The notes under the pieces were generated by a model, which was not told where the DNA came from, made no database searches, and worked only from the letters and a program-made list of their open reading frames with translations. Below are positions 1 to 11,238 of a DNA stretch of 64,000 nucleotides, piece by piece (position 1 is the first letter of the stretch; each line of letters begins with the position of its first letter). A program made the translations under genes and the position numbers. The stretch is from contig CP143273.1 of assembly GCA_051013385.1 (NCBI GenBank), positions 352,001-416,000 on the forward strand, written 5' to 3'. This DNA comes from Phormidium sp. (GTDB lineage: Bacteria; Cyanobacteriota; Cyanobacteriia; Cyanobacteriales; Aerosakkonemataceae).

Positions 1-2
1 TT

Positions 3-779
3 AATCATGTAGATTTACAAAAAGCGGCAGATTTAGGACTTACAGTTTTGCGCGTTCCGGCATATTCGCCTTATGCGGTTGCCGAACACGCTGTCGGGTT
101 AATTTTAACTTTAAATCGGAAATTTCACCGAGCTTATAACCGAGTTCGGGAAGGCAATTTTTCCTTAGAAGGATTGATGGGTTTTGATATTCATGGTCGC
201 ACAGTTGGCGTAATTGGTACGGGGAAAATTGGGCAAATTTTTGGCAACTTAATCGAGGGTTTTGGTTGTCAAATTTTGGCTTACGATCTATATCCCAATG
301 CTGATTTTGCTGCTTCTGGTGCTAAATATGTGGATTTACCAGAATTGTTTGCTAATTCGGATATTATTTCTCTACATTGTCCGTTGACTCCTGAAACTTA
401 TCATTTGATTAATGAAAAGGCGATCGATCAAATGAAACAGGGGGTAATGCTCATTAACACCAGTCGCGGCGCATTAGTTAATACTGAAGCAGTGATCGCT
501 GGGTTAAAATCTGGCAAAATCGGTTACTTGGGTTTAGATGTTTACGAACAAGAAGAAAACTTATTTTTTGAAGACCTTTCTACGGAAATTATTCAGGATG
601 ACGTTTTTCAACGTTTGTTAACTTTTCCCAATGTAATTGTTACCGGACACCAAGCATTTTTCACCGAAGAAGCAGTGCGAAATATTTGTGAAACAACCTT
701 AAGCAATGTGAGTGATTTTGAGCAGGGTATCGCTTCTAAAAATGAAGTTAAACCCCCGCAAAAAGCATCTGCTAAATAG
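3..779 (+). CDS. ldhA: D-lactate / 2-hydroxyacid dehydrogenase (5' end outside window)
   Basis: Frame open from position 3 ([29 protein letters not shown]); GVIGTGKIG Rossmann motif, [22 protein letters not shown]. Confidence 0.9.
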   Translation, partial: NHVDLQKAADLGLTVLRVPAYSPYAVAEHAVGLILTLNRKFHRAYNRVREGNFSLEGLMGFDIHGRTVGVIGTGKIGQIFGNLIEGFGCQILAYDLYPNADFAASGAKYVDLPELFANSDIISLHCPLTPETYHLINEKAIDQMKQGVMLINTSRGALVNTEAVIAGLKSGKIGYLGLDVYEQEENLFFEDLSTEIIQDDVFQRLLTFPNVIVTGHQAFFTEEAVRNICETTLSNVSDFEQGIASKNEVKPPQKASAK

Positions 780-951
780 GTTCGTTGTAAGGACTTTAGT
801 CCTAGTTCGTTGTAAGGACTTTAGTCCTAGTTCGTTGTAAGGACTTTAGTCCTAGTTCGTTGTAAGGACTTTAGTCCTTCTTTTGGTTAACAAACTAACG
901 ACTGAAGTCGTGACAACGAACAGGAACACGACTGAAGTCGTGACAACGAAC
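780..951. repeat. REP-like array: 4 tandem 25-nt units plus 2 inverted related units
   Basis: GTTCGTTGTAAGGACTTTAGTCCTA x4 (780-878); ACGACTGAAGTCGTGACAACGAAC at 898-921 and 928-951 is the reverse-complement scaffold with a different stem. Confidence 0.9.
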
Positions 952-1060
952 GTGATAATATTATTTTTGGCTACCAACCTAAACCGGGACAAATTTGTTC
1001 CCTGTTCCCTGTTCCCTGTTCCCTTCCTTCACCAAAATGTCCCGCCTTAGACCAATAGCC

Positions 1061-4000
1061 TTATTTTTCTTGTAATAAATCGTGCATTACTTCTAGTAAT
1101 TCTTGAGTTGAGTAAGGTTTAGGTAAAAATTTGTTGGCGGTGGTATGTCCTACTTCTTGTAAATGTGTGCCGGATACTAACCCACTAGAGGCAATTGTTT
1201 TGACTTCGGGATTGATTTTTTGTAGGGTGCGAATAGTATTAGCGCCATCTAATACTGGCATCATCATGTCTACTAATACTAGTTTAATATCTTTTTTATG
1301 TTCTACATAAAGAGCGATCGCTTCCACTCCATCTTTCGCAGTCAAAACTTGGTAGTTATAAGCTGTTAAGGTACTCTTAGTAATTTCTCGAATCGCAGAT
1401 TCATCATCTACCACTAAAATTAATTCACCATTTCCCATTGGTAATTCCCATTCTTCTTCATATAAATCTGCGGCTGCTTCTACAGCAGGAAGATATACTT
1501 TAAATTCACTACCTTTGCGTAATTTGCTGGAAACAGTAATAAAACCTTTGTGACTTTTGATGATGCCAATTACAGTGGAAAGTCCTAATCCTGTGCCTTT
1601 ACCAACTTCTTTAGTAGTAAAGAAAGGTTCAAAAATGCGATCGAGAATTTCTGGAGCAATCCCAAATCCTGTATCACTAACCGTAATTACTACATAAGAT
1701 CCAGGTTGGACATCCATTTGTAATTGGGCATCATTTTCGGTAATTACTAAATTCTCGGCGCTAATAGTTAAAGTGCCACCTGTAGGCATAGCATCACGGG
1801 CATTAACACACAAATTCATTAACACTTGATGCAGGTGAGTAGCATCACCACAAACTGCCGACAAGTCCCTAGATACATCAGTGTAAATCTCGATCGATCT
1901 GGGAAAAATTTCTTCAACTATTTTTTTAATTTCCTTTATCAAATGGCGAATTTGTAAAACTCCATGTTCACCATCTAATCCCCGTGCAAAAGATAAAACT
2001 TGTTTGATTAATTCGCTACCTCTTCTGGTGCTATCTTCCAGAATTTCTAACCATTGTTGCCCTTGAGCGCTACTAATTTGTAATTTTAAAAGTTGTACTG
2101 CCATGAGAATGGGAGCTAAAATATTGTTTAAGTCATGGGCAATTCCTCCTGCTAGAGTGCCTATGCTTTCCATGCGTTGCGATCGCAAAAATTGTCGTTC
2201 CATCAATTGTTTTTGTGTAATATCAGTATTCACCATTAAAATTGCTTTTGGTTCTCCTACTGAATCACGCACTAAAGTCCAACGACTCTCAACAACTATT
2301 TCCTTGCCATCTTTTGTTACCTGTTGCAATTCTCCCTGCCATTCCCCTTTACTAAGAACACTTTCATAAATATATTGCGCCTGTGGTGGTGTTTCCCAAT
2401 AAAGTAACTTATTAGCATATTTATCCCAAACTTCCTCTTTTTTCCAACCGTAAAGTCTTTCTGCTCCCTTATTCCAAAATAAAACCCGATGATTTAGGTC
2501 ACGAACTAAAATTGCATCAGTTGTTACATCAAGTAAAGCTGCTTGTTGGCGGATTTTTTGTTCTGCTAATTTGCGTTCATTTAGTTCTTGTTGTACTTGT
2601 TGATAAAGTTGTGATTGTTGAATAGCAATTTCTAATTGAGTCGCCAATTGTTTCAACAATTCTATTTCCCAATTTTGCCATTTTCGCGGGTTTGAACAAT
2701 GATGAGCAACCAATAAGCCCCATAATTTATTTTCCTGTAAAATGGGTACAACTAAATTGGCACGGACTTGAAATTTCACCAGTAAATCAATGTGACAAGG
2801 CGATAAACCTGCGTTTAAGATGTCTTCTAATGCTTGAATTCCACCTTGTTCATAAGTTTCTCTTCGAGCCGGATCTTTAAAGAAAGAATCTGAAATATTT
2901 GCTCCTAAAATTGGTTGCCAATTTGGAGCGACTGATTCTACAACAACAACTCCACTCCAGTCTGGATCGAAGCGGAAAATCAAAACGCGATCGCTCTCCA
3001 GCAGACGTTGGACTTCCGTCACAGTAGTATTGAGAATTTCATTCAAATCTAAAGATTGGCGAATTCTTTGAGCAATTTCTGCAACTAATTTTTCTCTTTG
3101 AGCTTGTTGGCGCAAAGCTTCTTCTGCTTGTTTGCGATCGGTAATATCGTTGCGAACGGCAATATATTGATAAGGATTTCCTTGAGCATCCAAAAAGGGA
3201 ACAATTGTGGTATCAACCCAGTAAATACTACCATTTTTAGCCCGGTTTCTAATTTCCCCTTTCCAAACTTTCCCGCGACAAATTGTGTTCCAAATATTCT
3301 GAAAGAAGGCTTTTGGATGATAGCCAGAATTGATAATGCGGTGATCTTTTCCTATTAATTCTTCCCGACTATAACCAGAAATTTGGCAAAATTTATTGTT
3401 AACATATTGAATTGTGCCTTGACGATCGGTAATAGCAACGATCGCCGATTCATCCAAAGCAAATTTGAAATCCGCTAATTCTTTATGGGACTTTTGTAAA
3501 ATTTCTTCTGCCCGTTTGCGCTCAGTAATATCTTGGGTTATTTTAGAAAAACCGCAAATTTTTCCGGTTTCATCCCGCAGCGCTGTAAGCACCACATTTG
3601 CCCAAAAATAAGAGCCATCTTTACGCACGCGCCAACCTTGATCTTCCACTCTGCCAATTGTTGCTGCTATTTCTAATACTTGATTGGGTTTTCCCTGCGC
3701 TACATCTTCAGGTGGATAAAAACGAGAAAAATGTTGTCCAATAATTTCCTCGGCTTGATAACCTTTTATTGCTGTTGCGCCTGTATTCCAACTAGCAACA
3801 TAACCGTTAGCATCTAATACAAAAATCGCGTAATCTTTCACACCATCGATCAACAGACGGAAACGTTCTTCAGTTTCATGCAAAGATTTTTCAGCTTTTA
3901 GACGATCGCTTTCTGCTTGTTTACGCTCAGTAATATCTTGCAAAGTACCTACTATTTCGAGCGCATTACCCCCCGCATCAAGCAGTAGTTTTAATTCCTC

Positions 4001-5278
4001 ATAAATCCAACGATAACCGCCATCTTGATGCAAAAAGCGATACTCATAACTATGGTGTCCCTGTGCCAATAAAATTGCTATTGCTTCGGGAATTAAAGCC
4101 ACGTCTTCAGGATGAACATGAGCTAACCAAAATGTAGGATTGTTAACAAAATCCTCTGCTGAATAACCAAATAAAGCAGTAACATTTTCACTAATGAAAC
4201 TTGTCGGGTAATTTGCAGTTGGTTTGCAGCTATAAATTACAACCGGACTAGTCTTTAATAAATGTTGTAATCTTTCTTGAGTTTTTAGTAATAATTCTTC
4301 GGTTTGCTTGCGTTCGGTAATATCTTGACCAATACCGATCGTCCTCCCATCAGACAGCTTCACATTTGCCCAAGTAGTATTCAGCACCCGACCATCTTTA
4401 ACAAGAGTTTTAAAATCTTGCCATTGGCGATCTTCTGCTTTTTCAATAAATTCCCAAACTTGTTTTCGATACTCTGAATCGGGATAAAATTTCGTCAAAA
4501 TATCCGGCGATTCTTGTAATTCTTCTAAAGTCCAACCTAAAACATTTACCCACTCTTGGTTAATCATTTGCAGCCTTCCTTCTCGATCGAAGAAGCTCAA
4601 CATCACAGGAATACGATCGAAAATAGTTTGCAGAATTTCCTTCTGTTGCTGAGTAACTGCATTTAACGCTTGATTTACAGATGTGCTATTACTAACCACT
4701 TGTAACATTTCTTTTTGGGCTATTAGCAAACTCTGGGTTCGCTGAAATTCTGCTAAATTTTTCCGTAATTCTATCTGACTGATTACCTGACGACTTAATA
4801 TTTGAAGTGCGGAAATTTGTTTTTTTGTCAACTGTCGAGGAATCCGATCGATCGCACATAATGTCCCCAAAGCAAGCCCATCAGATGTAATTAAAGGCGC
4901 ACCTGCATAAAATCTAATGTAGGGTTCTCCAGTTACTAAAGCATTATTAGCAAATCTCGGGTCTTTCCCAGCATCCTCAACAATCAACGGTTCTTTTTGC
5001 CAAATAGCATAATTACAAAAAGCTACATTCCGAGGTGTTTCGGTAACTCTCAGCCCTAGTTTAGATTTGAACCATTGCCGCTCTGCATCTACTAAACTAA
5101 TTAAAGCGATCGGTGTCTCACAAATCTGGGCAGCTAAATTTGTTAAGTCATCAAATACTGCTTCTGCTGGAGTATCCAATATTTGATACTGCTTCAGCGC
5201 TGCTAAACGTTTCTTTTCTTGATTGGGAAGAACAGCTTTCATCATAGGTACAGGGATTTTTGGTGCGATCGCAATCAA
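1061..5278 (-). CDS. Hybrid sensor histidine kinase (GAF, multiple PAS/PAC, CBCR-type GAF, PAS, HisKA/HATPase, REC)
   Basis: GIAHDLNN H-box, [10 protein letters not shown]-box, GKGTGLGL G2, C-terminal VVDDE...VDMMMP receiver, repeated DITERK PAC ends, second GAF with PCH. Confidence 0.92.
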   Translation of the reverse strand: MIAIAPKIPVPMMKAVLPNQEKKRLAALKQYQILDTPAEAVFDDLTNLAAQICETPIALISLVDAERQWFKSKLGLRVTETPRNVAFCNYAIWQKEPLIVEDAGKDPRFANNALVTGEPYIRFYAGAPLITSDGLALGTLCAIDRIPRQLTKKQISALQILSRQVISQIELRKNLAEFQRTQSLLIAQKEMLQVVSNSTSVNQALNAVTQQQKEILQTIFDRIPVMLSFFDREGRLQMINQEWVNVLGWTLEELQESPDILTKFYPDSEYRKQVWEFIEKAEDRQWQDFKTLVKDGRVLNTTWANVKLSDGRTIGIGQDITERKQTEELLLKTQERLQHLLKTSPVVIYSCKPTANYPTSFISENVTALFGYSAEDFVNNPTFWLAHVHPEDVALIPEAIAILLAQGHHSYEYRFLHQDGGYRWIYEELKLLLDAGGNALEIVGTLQDITERKQAESDRLKAEKSLHETEERFRLLIDGVKDYAIFVLDANGYVASWNTGATAIKGYQAEEIIGQHFSRFYPPEDVAQGKPNQVLEIAATIGRVEDQGWRVRKDGSYFWANVVLTALRDETGKICGFSKITQDITERKRAEEILQKSHKELADFKFALDESAIVAITDRQGTIQYVNNKFCQISGYSREELIGKDHRIINSGYHPKAFFQNIWNTICRGKVWKGEIRNRAKNGSIYWVDTTIVPFLDAQGNPYQYIAVRNDITDRKQAEEALRQQAQREKLVAEIAQRIRQSLDLNEILNTTVTEVQRLLESDRVLIFRFDPDWSGVVVVESVAPNWQPILGANISDSFFKDPARRETYEQGGIQALEDILNAGLSPCHIDLLVKFQVRANLVVPILQENKLWGLLVAHHCSNPRKWQNWEIELLKQLATQLEIAIQQSQLYQQVQQELNERKLAEQKIRQQAALLDVTTDAILVRDLNHRVLFWNKGAERLYGWKKEEVWDKYANKLLYWETPPQAQYIYESVLSKGEWQGELQQVTKDGKEIVVESRWTLVRDSVGEPKAILMVNTDITQKQLMERQFLRSQRMESIGTLAGGIAHDLNNILAPILMAVQLLKLQISSAQGQQWLEILEDSTRRGSELIKQVLSFARGLDGEHGVLQIRHLIKEIKKIVEEIFPRSIEIYTDVSRDLSAVCGDATHLHQVLMNLCVNARDAMPTGGTLTISAENLVITENDAQLQMDVQPGSYVVITVSDTGFGIAPEILDRIFEPFFTTKEVGKGTGLGLSTVIGIIKSHKGFITVSSKLRKGSEFKVYLPAVEAAADLYEEEWELPMGNGELILVVDDESAIREITKSTLTAYNYQVLTAKDGVEAIALYVEHKKDIKLVLVDMMMPVLDGANTIRTLQKINPEVKTIASSGLVSGTHLQEVGHTTANKFLPKPYSTQELLEVMHDLLQEK

Positions 5279-5717
5279 CTAAACAATTAAAGTCCTTTAT
5301 TATTGGAATACCCATTACCGGGCTAGCTGATCAATTCACGTAACAATTAGTTATTTAATTTAGACAATAAAATACTTTTTTTGCGAAATGAAACTTTTCC
5401 TAAATTTTGGCTAAAAACCATTTTTTTCACTTTTCCCTTTCTCTTTATATTTGTAACAAGTTTAAAGTAAAACGGGATGTCATCTGACGATCTTTATTTT
5501 CTTATTACAATAGACGAGCTTCCTTAATTAAACAGATTAAAGGAACGAACCCAACCTTACCCAGGCAGGCAATAATTGTTGCCACAGCTTTGCTAACTGA
5601 TGATAGCGATCGCACTACACCTCTTAAGGAATATTTAATTTTAACACCCCTGACAGATTCAGCATCATTTTACTTGCCTTAACTTAGAGTTAAGCTAATC
5701 AAGTTACCTGGTTGATT

Positions 5718-6155
5718 ATGAACTATGAATACAGTCATCCCCGGAAGCAAAATTTACAGTTAGACTCCTTAGAAGAGGAAATCCTACTGGGATTACAAAT
5801 ATGTGGAGAACTTTTAGTTCAATCTAAAGATATTATGTTAGGTGCGCTAGCCTATCAAGGTTGGTTAGAGCATGGTCGCTGTTTGGTGATTGTTAACCTA
5901 CCAAATGTAAAAGAAGTTTCCGGTGCAATTGAATTACCAATGGGGTTAATGCTGCACAACGATCCTGGAATTAAGTTTTTTGGAGCAGAAGATTTGCTCA
6001 AACAATATAATCCTCAAACTGAAGGAGTATTGGTTGTCTCTCACACAAATTTTAATTACTGTATTGCTTGTGCTTGTATATTTGCTCCTAGCTTTCCCCC
6101 ACAAATTTGTTATGAAGAAATCATGAGTAGACCTGCGGAGTTTGACATTAGTTGA
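5718..6155 (+). CDS. Hypothetical protein
   Basis: ~145-codon ORF between the kinase and a convergent gene; no recognised motif. Confidence 0.6.
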   Translation: MNYEYSHPRKQNLQLDSLEEEILLGLQICGELLVQSKDIMLGALAYQGWLEHGRCLVIVNLPNVKEVSGAIELPMGLMLHNDPGIKFFGAEDLLKQYNPQTEGVLVVSHTNFNYCIACACIFAPSFPPQICYEEIMSRPAEFDIS

Positions 6156-6301
6156 TTTTTCCACGAATCTTTGGTAGTAGGTAGTAGGTAGTGGGTAGTG
6201 GGATTCCTACTAGCTACTACCACCCTCAATCTTACTAACTACCAACTTGAGTTAATTACTCAGTTTCAGAACATGACAATACCCTGAATTATGCCACAAG
6301 T

Positions 6302-6661
6302 TTAGTGATTAATTAAAAAAGCGGGAACTTCTACTAAGTGAAAATAAACCAATGCCGCAATTACTAAAGTGTAAAGCGTTGAACCACCAAGTCCAATCAA
6401 TAAATCGCGCTTCACATTTCGCTGTTCTCCTGCTAAAAAGATATCCATTGCCCCAAACTGCATCATCAGAATTCCTAGTACATTAGAAAGCCAATAACCT
6501 ACAACTGTACCCGGTAAAAACCAGTCGGTATTTATCCAACCAACTAAATAGCCGAATAACAGAGAGATTGGCAAATTGAAAAATAAATCATTCCACCAAG
6601 ACAAGGGAGAAAGCATATAACCAATCCCTACTAGTAATCCCCCGCGCAATTTTCTAAACAT
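6302..6661 (-). CDS. Hypothetical membrane protein
   Basis: 119 aa, several hydrophobic segments, LSPLSWWNDLFFNLP motif. Confidence 0.75.
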   Translation of the reverse strand: MFRKLRGGLLVGIGYMLSPLSWWNDLFFNLPISLLFGYLVGWINTDWFLPGTVVGYWLSNVLGILMMQFGAMDIFLAGEQRNVKRDLLIGLGGSTLYTLVIAALVYFHLVEVPAFLINH

Positions 6662-6851
6662 GGTTTTTCCCTTGACAATTGAGTAGTTTTCAGGATAAAA
6701 TTAGCTTCAATAAAGTAACTCGTTACTCAGAATAGATTTTAATATTTAATAGCGATAATATTTCCCTGTACCCTCCTGCCGGAAAAATCCTCTACCCCCC
6801 CATTTCGCTAAACCATTGAATCCGCTAAGATATCAAAGCAGACTAAAACTC

Positions 6852-6998
6852 AGCAAAGTAGGGAAACTCCGGTGCAAGTCCGGGGCTGTGCCGCAGCTGT
6901 AAGCGAAAATAGATTAGCCGTTGTCAACTGTCTACATCGCTAGCCAGAACGCCTACTTGTTAACGTCAACTTTATTTTCCTGCGTCGCACAGGAAAAA
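6852..6998 (+). ncRNA. Cobalamin riboswitch
   Basis: AGGGAA...CCGGTGCAAGTCCGG (T-loop) GCTGTGCCGCAGCTGT ... AGCCAGAACGCCTAC B12-box, then a TTTTCCTG/CAGGAAAA hairpin; directly upstream of cbiX. Confidence 0.88.
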
Positions 6999-7011
6999 GG
7001 ATAATTAATTA

Positions 7012-8028
7012 ATGCCTACTGTAAGTTTATCGACTTTGACCACTGTAACGGATTTAGAATTGCCTACATTGCCCCTAAAAAGACCATTATTAATGATTGG
7101 TCATGGGACTAAAGATGAAGAGGGAAGACAAAGTTTTTTAGATTTTGCTGCTGCTTATCAAGAATTGGATCGATCGCGCCCCGTAGTCCCATGTTTTCTA
7201 GAACTAACAGGCCCGACAATTCAAGAAGGGATCGATCGCTGTATCGAACAAGGATACACAGAATTTTCAGTGTTACCCATTTTATTATTTGCCGCCCGCC
7301 ACAACAAATTTGATATTACCAATGAGTTAGACCGCGCCAAAATTAAATATCCCCAACTGAAATTTCACTACGGTCGGCACTTTGGAATTACCCCGAATAT
7401 ATTGGAATTGTGGCGATCGCGTCTAACTCAACTTGACAACGAAAAATATCCCCGTTCCGAAACAGTTTTATTATTTGTCGGACGTGGTTCCAGCGACCCA
7501 GACGCTAACGGCGACGTTTACAAACTAGCACGAATTCTTTGGGAAGGCAGCGGCTATTCCACAGTAGAAACCTGCTTTATCGGCATTACTCACCCCCGTT
7601 TAGAAGAAGGTTTCCGTCGCGCCAGACTTTATCAACCAAAGCGAATTATCGTTTTACCTTACTTCCTATTTACCGGACTTTTGGTAAAAAAGATTTTCGA
7701 CACTACCGCCCAACAACAAGCACAATTTCCCGAAATAGAAATGATTTGTTTGCCAGAAATGGGCATTCATCCCCAACTATTTCAAGTAATGCGAGAACGG
7801 GAAATTGAAACCCAATTAGGCGAAGTCCAAATGAACTGTGAAATGTGCAAATTTCGCCTCGCTGCTGTCAGTAAAAACGGCAACGGACATAGCCACAGTC
7901 ACGGACATTCCCACGATCATCATCACCACGATCATCATCATGGGCACAGTCACGACCACTCACACCCTGCTGTAGATCCTTACGCAGACTTAGAAAAATA
8001 TCATCAAAAAATCTGGCAAGCACCCTAA
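7012..8028 (+). CDS. cbiX: Sirohydrochlorin cobaltochelatase (long form, His-rich tail)
   Basis: [29 protein letters not shown] motif, poly-His C-terminus; B12 riboswitch upstream. Confidence 0.92.
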   Translation: MPTVSLSTLTTVTDLELPTLPLKRPLLMIGHGTKDEEGRQSFLDFAAAYQELDRSRPVVPCFLELTGPTIQEGIDRCIEQGYTEFSVLPILLFAARHNKFDITNELDRAKIKYPQLKFHYGRHFGITPNILELWRSRLTQLDNEKYPRSETVLLFVGRGSSDPDANGDVYKLARILWEGSGYSTVETCFIGITHPRLEEGFRRARLYQPKRIIVLPYFLFTGLLVKKIFDTTAQQQAQFPEIEMICLPEMGIHPQLFQVMREREIETQLGEVQMNCEMCKFRLAAVSKNGNGHSHSHGHSHDHHHHDHHHGHSHDHSHPAVDPYADLEKYHQKIWQAP

Positions 8029-8136
8029 CAATTTTAGATTAGCTTTGTTGTAGGGACTTTAGTCCTTGCCTTGTTTGTGCAAGAAAGGTTAAAGTCCTGA
8101 CAAAGAACTAAAAAATCTGAAATCCTAACATTCAAA

Positions 8137-8352
8137 ATGAGTAAAGAATTTCGCATTGGGGAAAAAGTCCGAGTGGTAGCATTACCGCCTTACGTGAAAA
8201 CTGCCGAACCAATGCCAATGCTACGTCCACCAGATGTAATTAAGTTAGGAGAAGAAGGAGTAGTGATCGATCGCCGTCCCGGAGGTTATTGGGGAGTGCG
8301 CTTTGCCAGAGGCAACTTTTTACTCGACAGTCAGTATATTGAATCTATTTAA
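8137..8352 (+). CDS. sipA: SipA (NblS/Hik33-interacting protein, DUF3148)
   Basis: PPYVKTAEPMPMLRPPD...RRPGGYWGVRF signature, 71 aa. Confidence 0.85.
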   Translation: MSKEFRIGEKVRVVALPPYVKTAEPMPMLRPPDVIKLGEEGVVIDRRPGGYWGVRFARGNFLLDSQYIESI

Positions 8353-8360
8353 AGTTTCAC

Positions 8361-8393
8361 AGATCCCCGACTTCTTAGAGAAGTCGGGGATCT
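8361..8393. repeat. Palindromic repeat, possible bidirectional terminator
   Basis: AGATCCCCGACTTCT-tag-AGAAGTCGGGGATCT between convergent genes; related copy at 56288-56320. Confidence 0.75.
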
Positions 8394-8410
8394 TGGCGGG
8401 ATCTTGCCCT

Positions 8411-9184
8411 TCACAACAAACTCTCTGGTGAAATTATTCCTTCTTGAGCCATTTTTTCAATCACTTGGAGTCCGCGAGGGTCGCCAACTCGTAACAGAGA
8501 AGCTTTCGCATCTTCCCTGACTCCCATATCGCGGTCTTCTTCCATCACTTGAATTAAAGCATCGATCGCACCAGCATAAACTACATTTGATGGTAGTTCC
8601 CGACAGAGTTGCCCCAAAGACCAAGCACAGTTACTCCGTACCGCTGCGACTGGATCTTGAATTAAAGCTTCAATTAACGGGGGAATGGAAGCGACTACTG
8701 CTTCGTAGCCTAACTCAGCCATTTGCGCCAAAGAACTAGCCGCCCATAAACGTACAGCCGAAATATCAGTTCGTAAAGCATCAGTTAGGGGGGAGACAGA
8801 ACGGCGATCGCGACAGTTCCCCAACGCCCAAACAATGCCTTTACGGACATAACCATTCCAGTCGCGGTTTAATTGGTTAATTAACGGTTCTACCGCATCA
8901 GCACTAGGGTTCCGTCCCAAACCATAAGCCGCACTTACCCGCACCAACGGACAAGCATCTGTCAACAAGCGAATTAAATGGGGAATGGCGCGTCGATCTT
9001 GTAGCTCACAAAAAGCTCTGGCTGCTAGCATTCTCTGCGGCGTTTCGGCTGCATTCAACAGCGCCAACATTGCCTCTGGATCGGGTTTAGCAACCTCTTC
9101 TTCTTCCAGTGGTTCTAGCTGATCTAAGGGACTTTGCAGATCAGCTTCCGGGTCAAGTAGGGTCAGGTCGTCGTCATCATACAT
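8411..9184 (-). CDS. PBS-lyase HEAT-repeat protein
   Basis: Repeated VR..AA..LG HEAT units (VRVSAAYGLG, VRKGIVWALG, VRLWAASSLA, VRSNCAWSLG). Confidence 0.85.
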   Translation of the reverse strand: MYDDDDLTLLDPEADLQSPLDQLEPLEEEEVAKPDPEAMLALLNAAETPQRMLAARAFCELQDRRAIPHLIRLLTDACPLVRVSAAYGLGRNPSADAVEPLINQLNRDWNGYVRKGIVWALGNCRDRRSVSPLTDALRTDISAVRLWAASSLAQMAELGYEAVVASIPPLIEALIQDPVAAVRSNCAWSLGQLCRELPSNVVYAGAIDALIQVMEEDRDMGVREDAKASLLRVGDPRGLQVIEKMAQEGIISPESLL

Positions 9185-9461
9185 AATTGTCAATTACCTT
9201 ATCAGACCTGATGCCATCAGTCTGTTACTCAGGTTAGCGATCGATAAATCTCTCTGTTGTTGATGGTAGAGAGGCACAAGGAAGGAATCTTTCATTTTTC
9301 CCTACTTTTGTAAATAAACACTAAGCAACTGCAATTAATTTTACGACCAGGCTCAAACTTAAAATCATAACGTTATTTTTCAAGTTTTGTTCTTTATTTT
9401 AGTATATTGGACTACAGAAAGACTAAATTGAATAGCAACTCTTAAACATCAGGAGCAGAGT

Positions 9462-10472
9462 GTGACAGATCACCTAGAACAATATCGACGGTTAGCGCGT
9501 GCAATTAGATTCGTTCCCCCTTTGCCAGAATCTCATCTAGCAGAAACAAAGGAAAATCATCCCAACTGGGCTTCATCAGTATCGCATTTTCCGGCGACAA
9601 ACACACCATCACCCGCAAAACTAGAGGAAAATTTTGGCCCACCTCCCGATCCATCGGAACATATAGCCGCTTTAGTAAAACAAGCGGTTTCTGGGCATAC
9701 TGTTTTACCAGTTGCTTATAGTGTTCAGGAAAATATAGGCGATCGCATCAGTCGCTTAAACCACAACGCAGAGACTCAACAGCATAAACCATTAATCATT
9801 CTGCCGAAAATTCCCGCACCCGATCCCAACTGGACTCCGAGCACTCCAGTTACTCATCAACAAACTGTTGAGGTCGAAGTTGCAGCAAATCATTTACCAG
9901 AAACTTCAACTAATGGCAAATTGCCAGTTGAACAAATAGCTTCAGCAGAAATAAAATTACAGGAAAATTCAAGTCTTCCAGTATTAGAAACACAACCTTC
10001 AGAGGAGTTAGTAGTAACACCTTTGAGCAACGAAAATTCTGCTATAGAAACTCCATCGGAATTAGTAGAAGTTTGTACATTAGCAACAAAACTTACGCCA
10101 GTAGAAACATCAGAAACCGAACCATCTTCAGAAATTGTTGTTGAGCCGGAAACAGTTACCGAAGCACCTATTCAAGAAACGGTTGTTCCTGAAAGAGCGG
10201 AAAATTTAAACGTTCAAGAAACAGTCACAGAACAGTTGAAAAATGTTGCCAATTTGCTCACAGAAGTATCCGAAAAAGTGCCAACCACTGAAGCAACAAC
10301 AACTAAAAAATCATCACCTAAAAAATGGCTGATTGCAGAAGTTGTCTGTCCTAAATGTGGTTCTAACAAAGTTAAAGAAAAAGGATACACTAACGGTCAA
10401 CAAAAATACACTTGCAAAAACTGCGGTAAACGTTGGCGTGTTGATTTAGAACCAATTGGGGAAAATGATTAA
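9462..10472 (+). CDS. Hypothetical low-complexity Pro/Glu/Thr-rich protein with C-terminal InsA-like zinc ribbon
   Basis: AGGAG RBS before GTG; C-terminal CPKCGS..VKEKG...GQQKYTCKNCGKRW. Confidence 0.7.
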   Translation: MTDHLEQYRRLARAIRFVPPLPESHLAETKENHPNWASSVSHFPATNTPSPAKLEENFGPPPDPSEHIAALVKQAVSGHTVLPVAYSVQENIGDRISRLNHNAETQQHKPLIILPKIPAPDPNWTPSTPVTHQQTVEVEVAANHLPETSTNGKLPVEQIASAEIKLQENSSLPVLETQPSEELVVTPLSNENSAIETPSELVEVCTLATKLTPVETSETEPSSEIVVEPETVTEAPIQETVVPERAENLNVQETVTEQLKNVANLLTEVSEKVPTTEATTTKKSSPKKWLIAEVVCPKCGSNKVKEKGYTNGQQKYTCKNCGKRWRVDLEPIGEND

Positions 10473-10491
10473 CTAGTTAAGAAAACCCAAA

Positions 10492-10545
10492 GTACGTTGT
10501 TGCGCTGTCTTCGCTCTTATTAGCGAAGACAGCGCAACAACGTAC
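10492..10545. repeat. REP-like palindrome (GTACGTTGTTGCGCT family)
   Basis: 24-bp perfect arms with a 6-nt loop between convergent genes. Confidence 0.85.
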
Positions 10546-11019
10546 CTAAGAAATAGACTTCACCATCCACAGAGATTGAGGTTGATAACCTAACTGGGAA
10601 TATAAGTTAATAGCTGGTTGATTAGATTGAACAACTTGCAGACTCATTTGGCGATCGCCCCGATTTTTTGCCCAATCTTCGCCCAATAGCATTAAACTTT
10701 TCCCAATGCCTTGGCGACGATGTTCGGGAGCAACATAAAGGAGAAAGATGTGGGCGTGGCGATCGCCTTTTACCTGATCGATTCCATTACCCACCCACAA
10801 ACAACCAACTTTAATTGTCGCAGCATTTTCTACCCTTTCTTCTACCCACCAAACCGGAGTTTCCGCAGAAAAATACTTCTCAACTGTAATCGCTAAATGA
10901 GAGAAATTCTGTTCAGGAAACAGTTCTTGGTAAGTTCTTCGCATAAACTTTACCAAAGTAGCCCGATCTAAACTTGAACCAGAAACAAATTGATAGTTTG
11001 CTGGTAGTTTGTACTTCAT
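10546..11019 (-). CDS. GNAT family N-acetyltransferase
   Basis: LYVAPEHRRQGIG motif A; NQPAINLYSQLGY motif B. Confidence 0.9.
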   Translation of the reverse strand: MKYKLPANYQFVSGSSLDRATLVKFMRRTYQELFPEQNFSHLAITVEKYFSAETPVWWVEERVENAATIKVGCLWVGNGIDQVKGDRHAHIFLLYVAPEHRRQGIGKSLMLLGEDWAKNRGDRQMSLQVVQSNQPAINLYSQLGYQPQSLWMVKSIS

Positions 11020-11163
11020 CTAAGAGGCAGAAGTTACTTCTTCAACTGGTGCGGGGGCTGCCATATCCGCAGGTAAAAATATCCGCGAACTCACTGCTAG
11101 TAAAGCGACTAAAAACACTAGCAAAATTAGAAAAGGAGCAACGTATTGACGAAAAATAGCCAT
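11020..11163 (-). CDS. Small (47 aa) single-TM protein, not in the ORF track
   Basis: Manual translation MAIFRQYVAPFLILLVFLVALLAVSSRIFLPADMAAPAPVEEVTSAS*; its stop directly abuts the GNAT ATG. Confidence 0.75.
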   Translation of the reverse strand: MAIFRQYVAPFLILLVFLVALLAVSSRIFLPADMAAPAPVEEVTSAS

Positions 11164-11238
11164 AGTTTAGAATTGTCTGGTTTGAGCAAAAAAATGGTTT
11201 TCCGAAAACTTTTCCAGTCTCTATATTACAGTTTACAA

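Noticed and set aside
780..878. CRISPR-like periodic repeat
   Set aside because: Units are contiguous with no unique spacers, and no cas genes are in the window.
10340..10472. IS1 element
   Set aside because: Only a zinc-ribbon motif; no catalytic insB frame, terminal inverted repeats or target duplication seen.
10974..11159. 61-aa plus-strand ORF in the track
   Set aside because: It is antisense to the better-supported 47-aa TM ORF and to the GNAT start.
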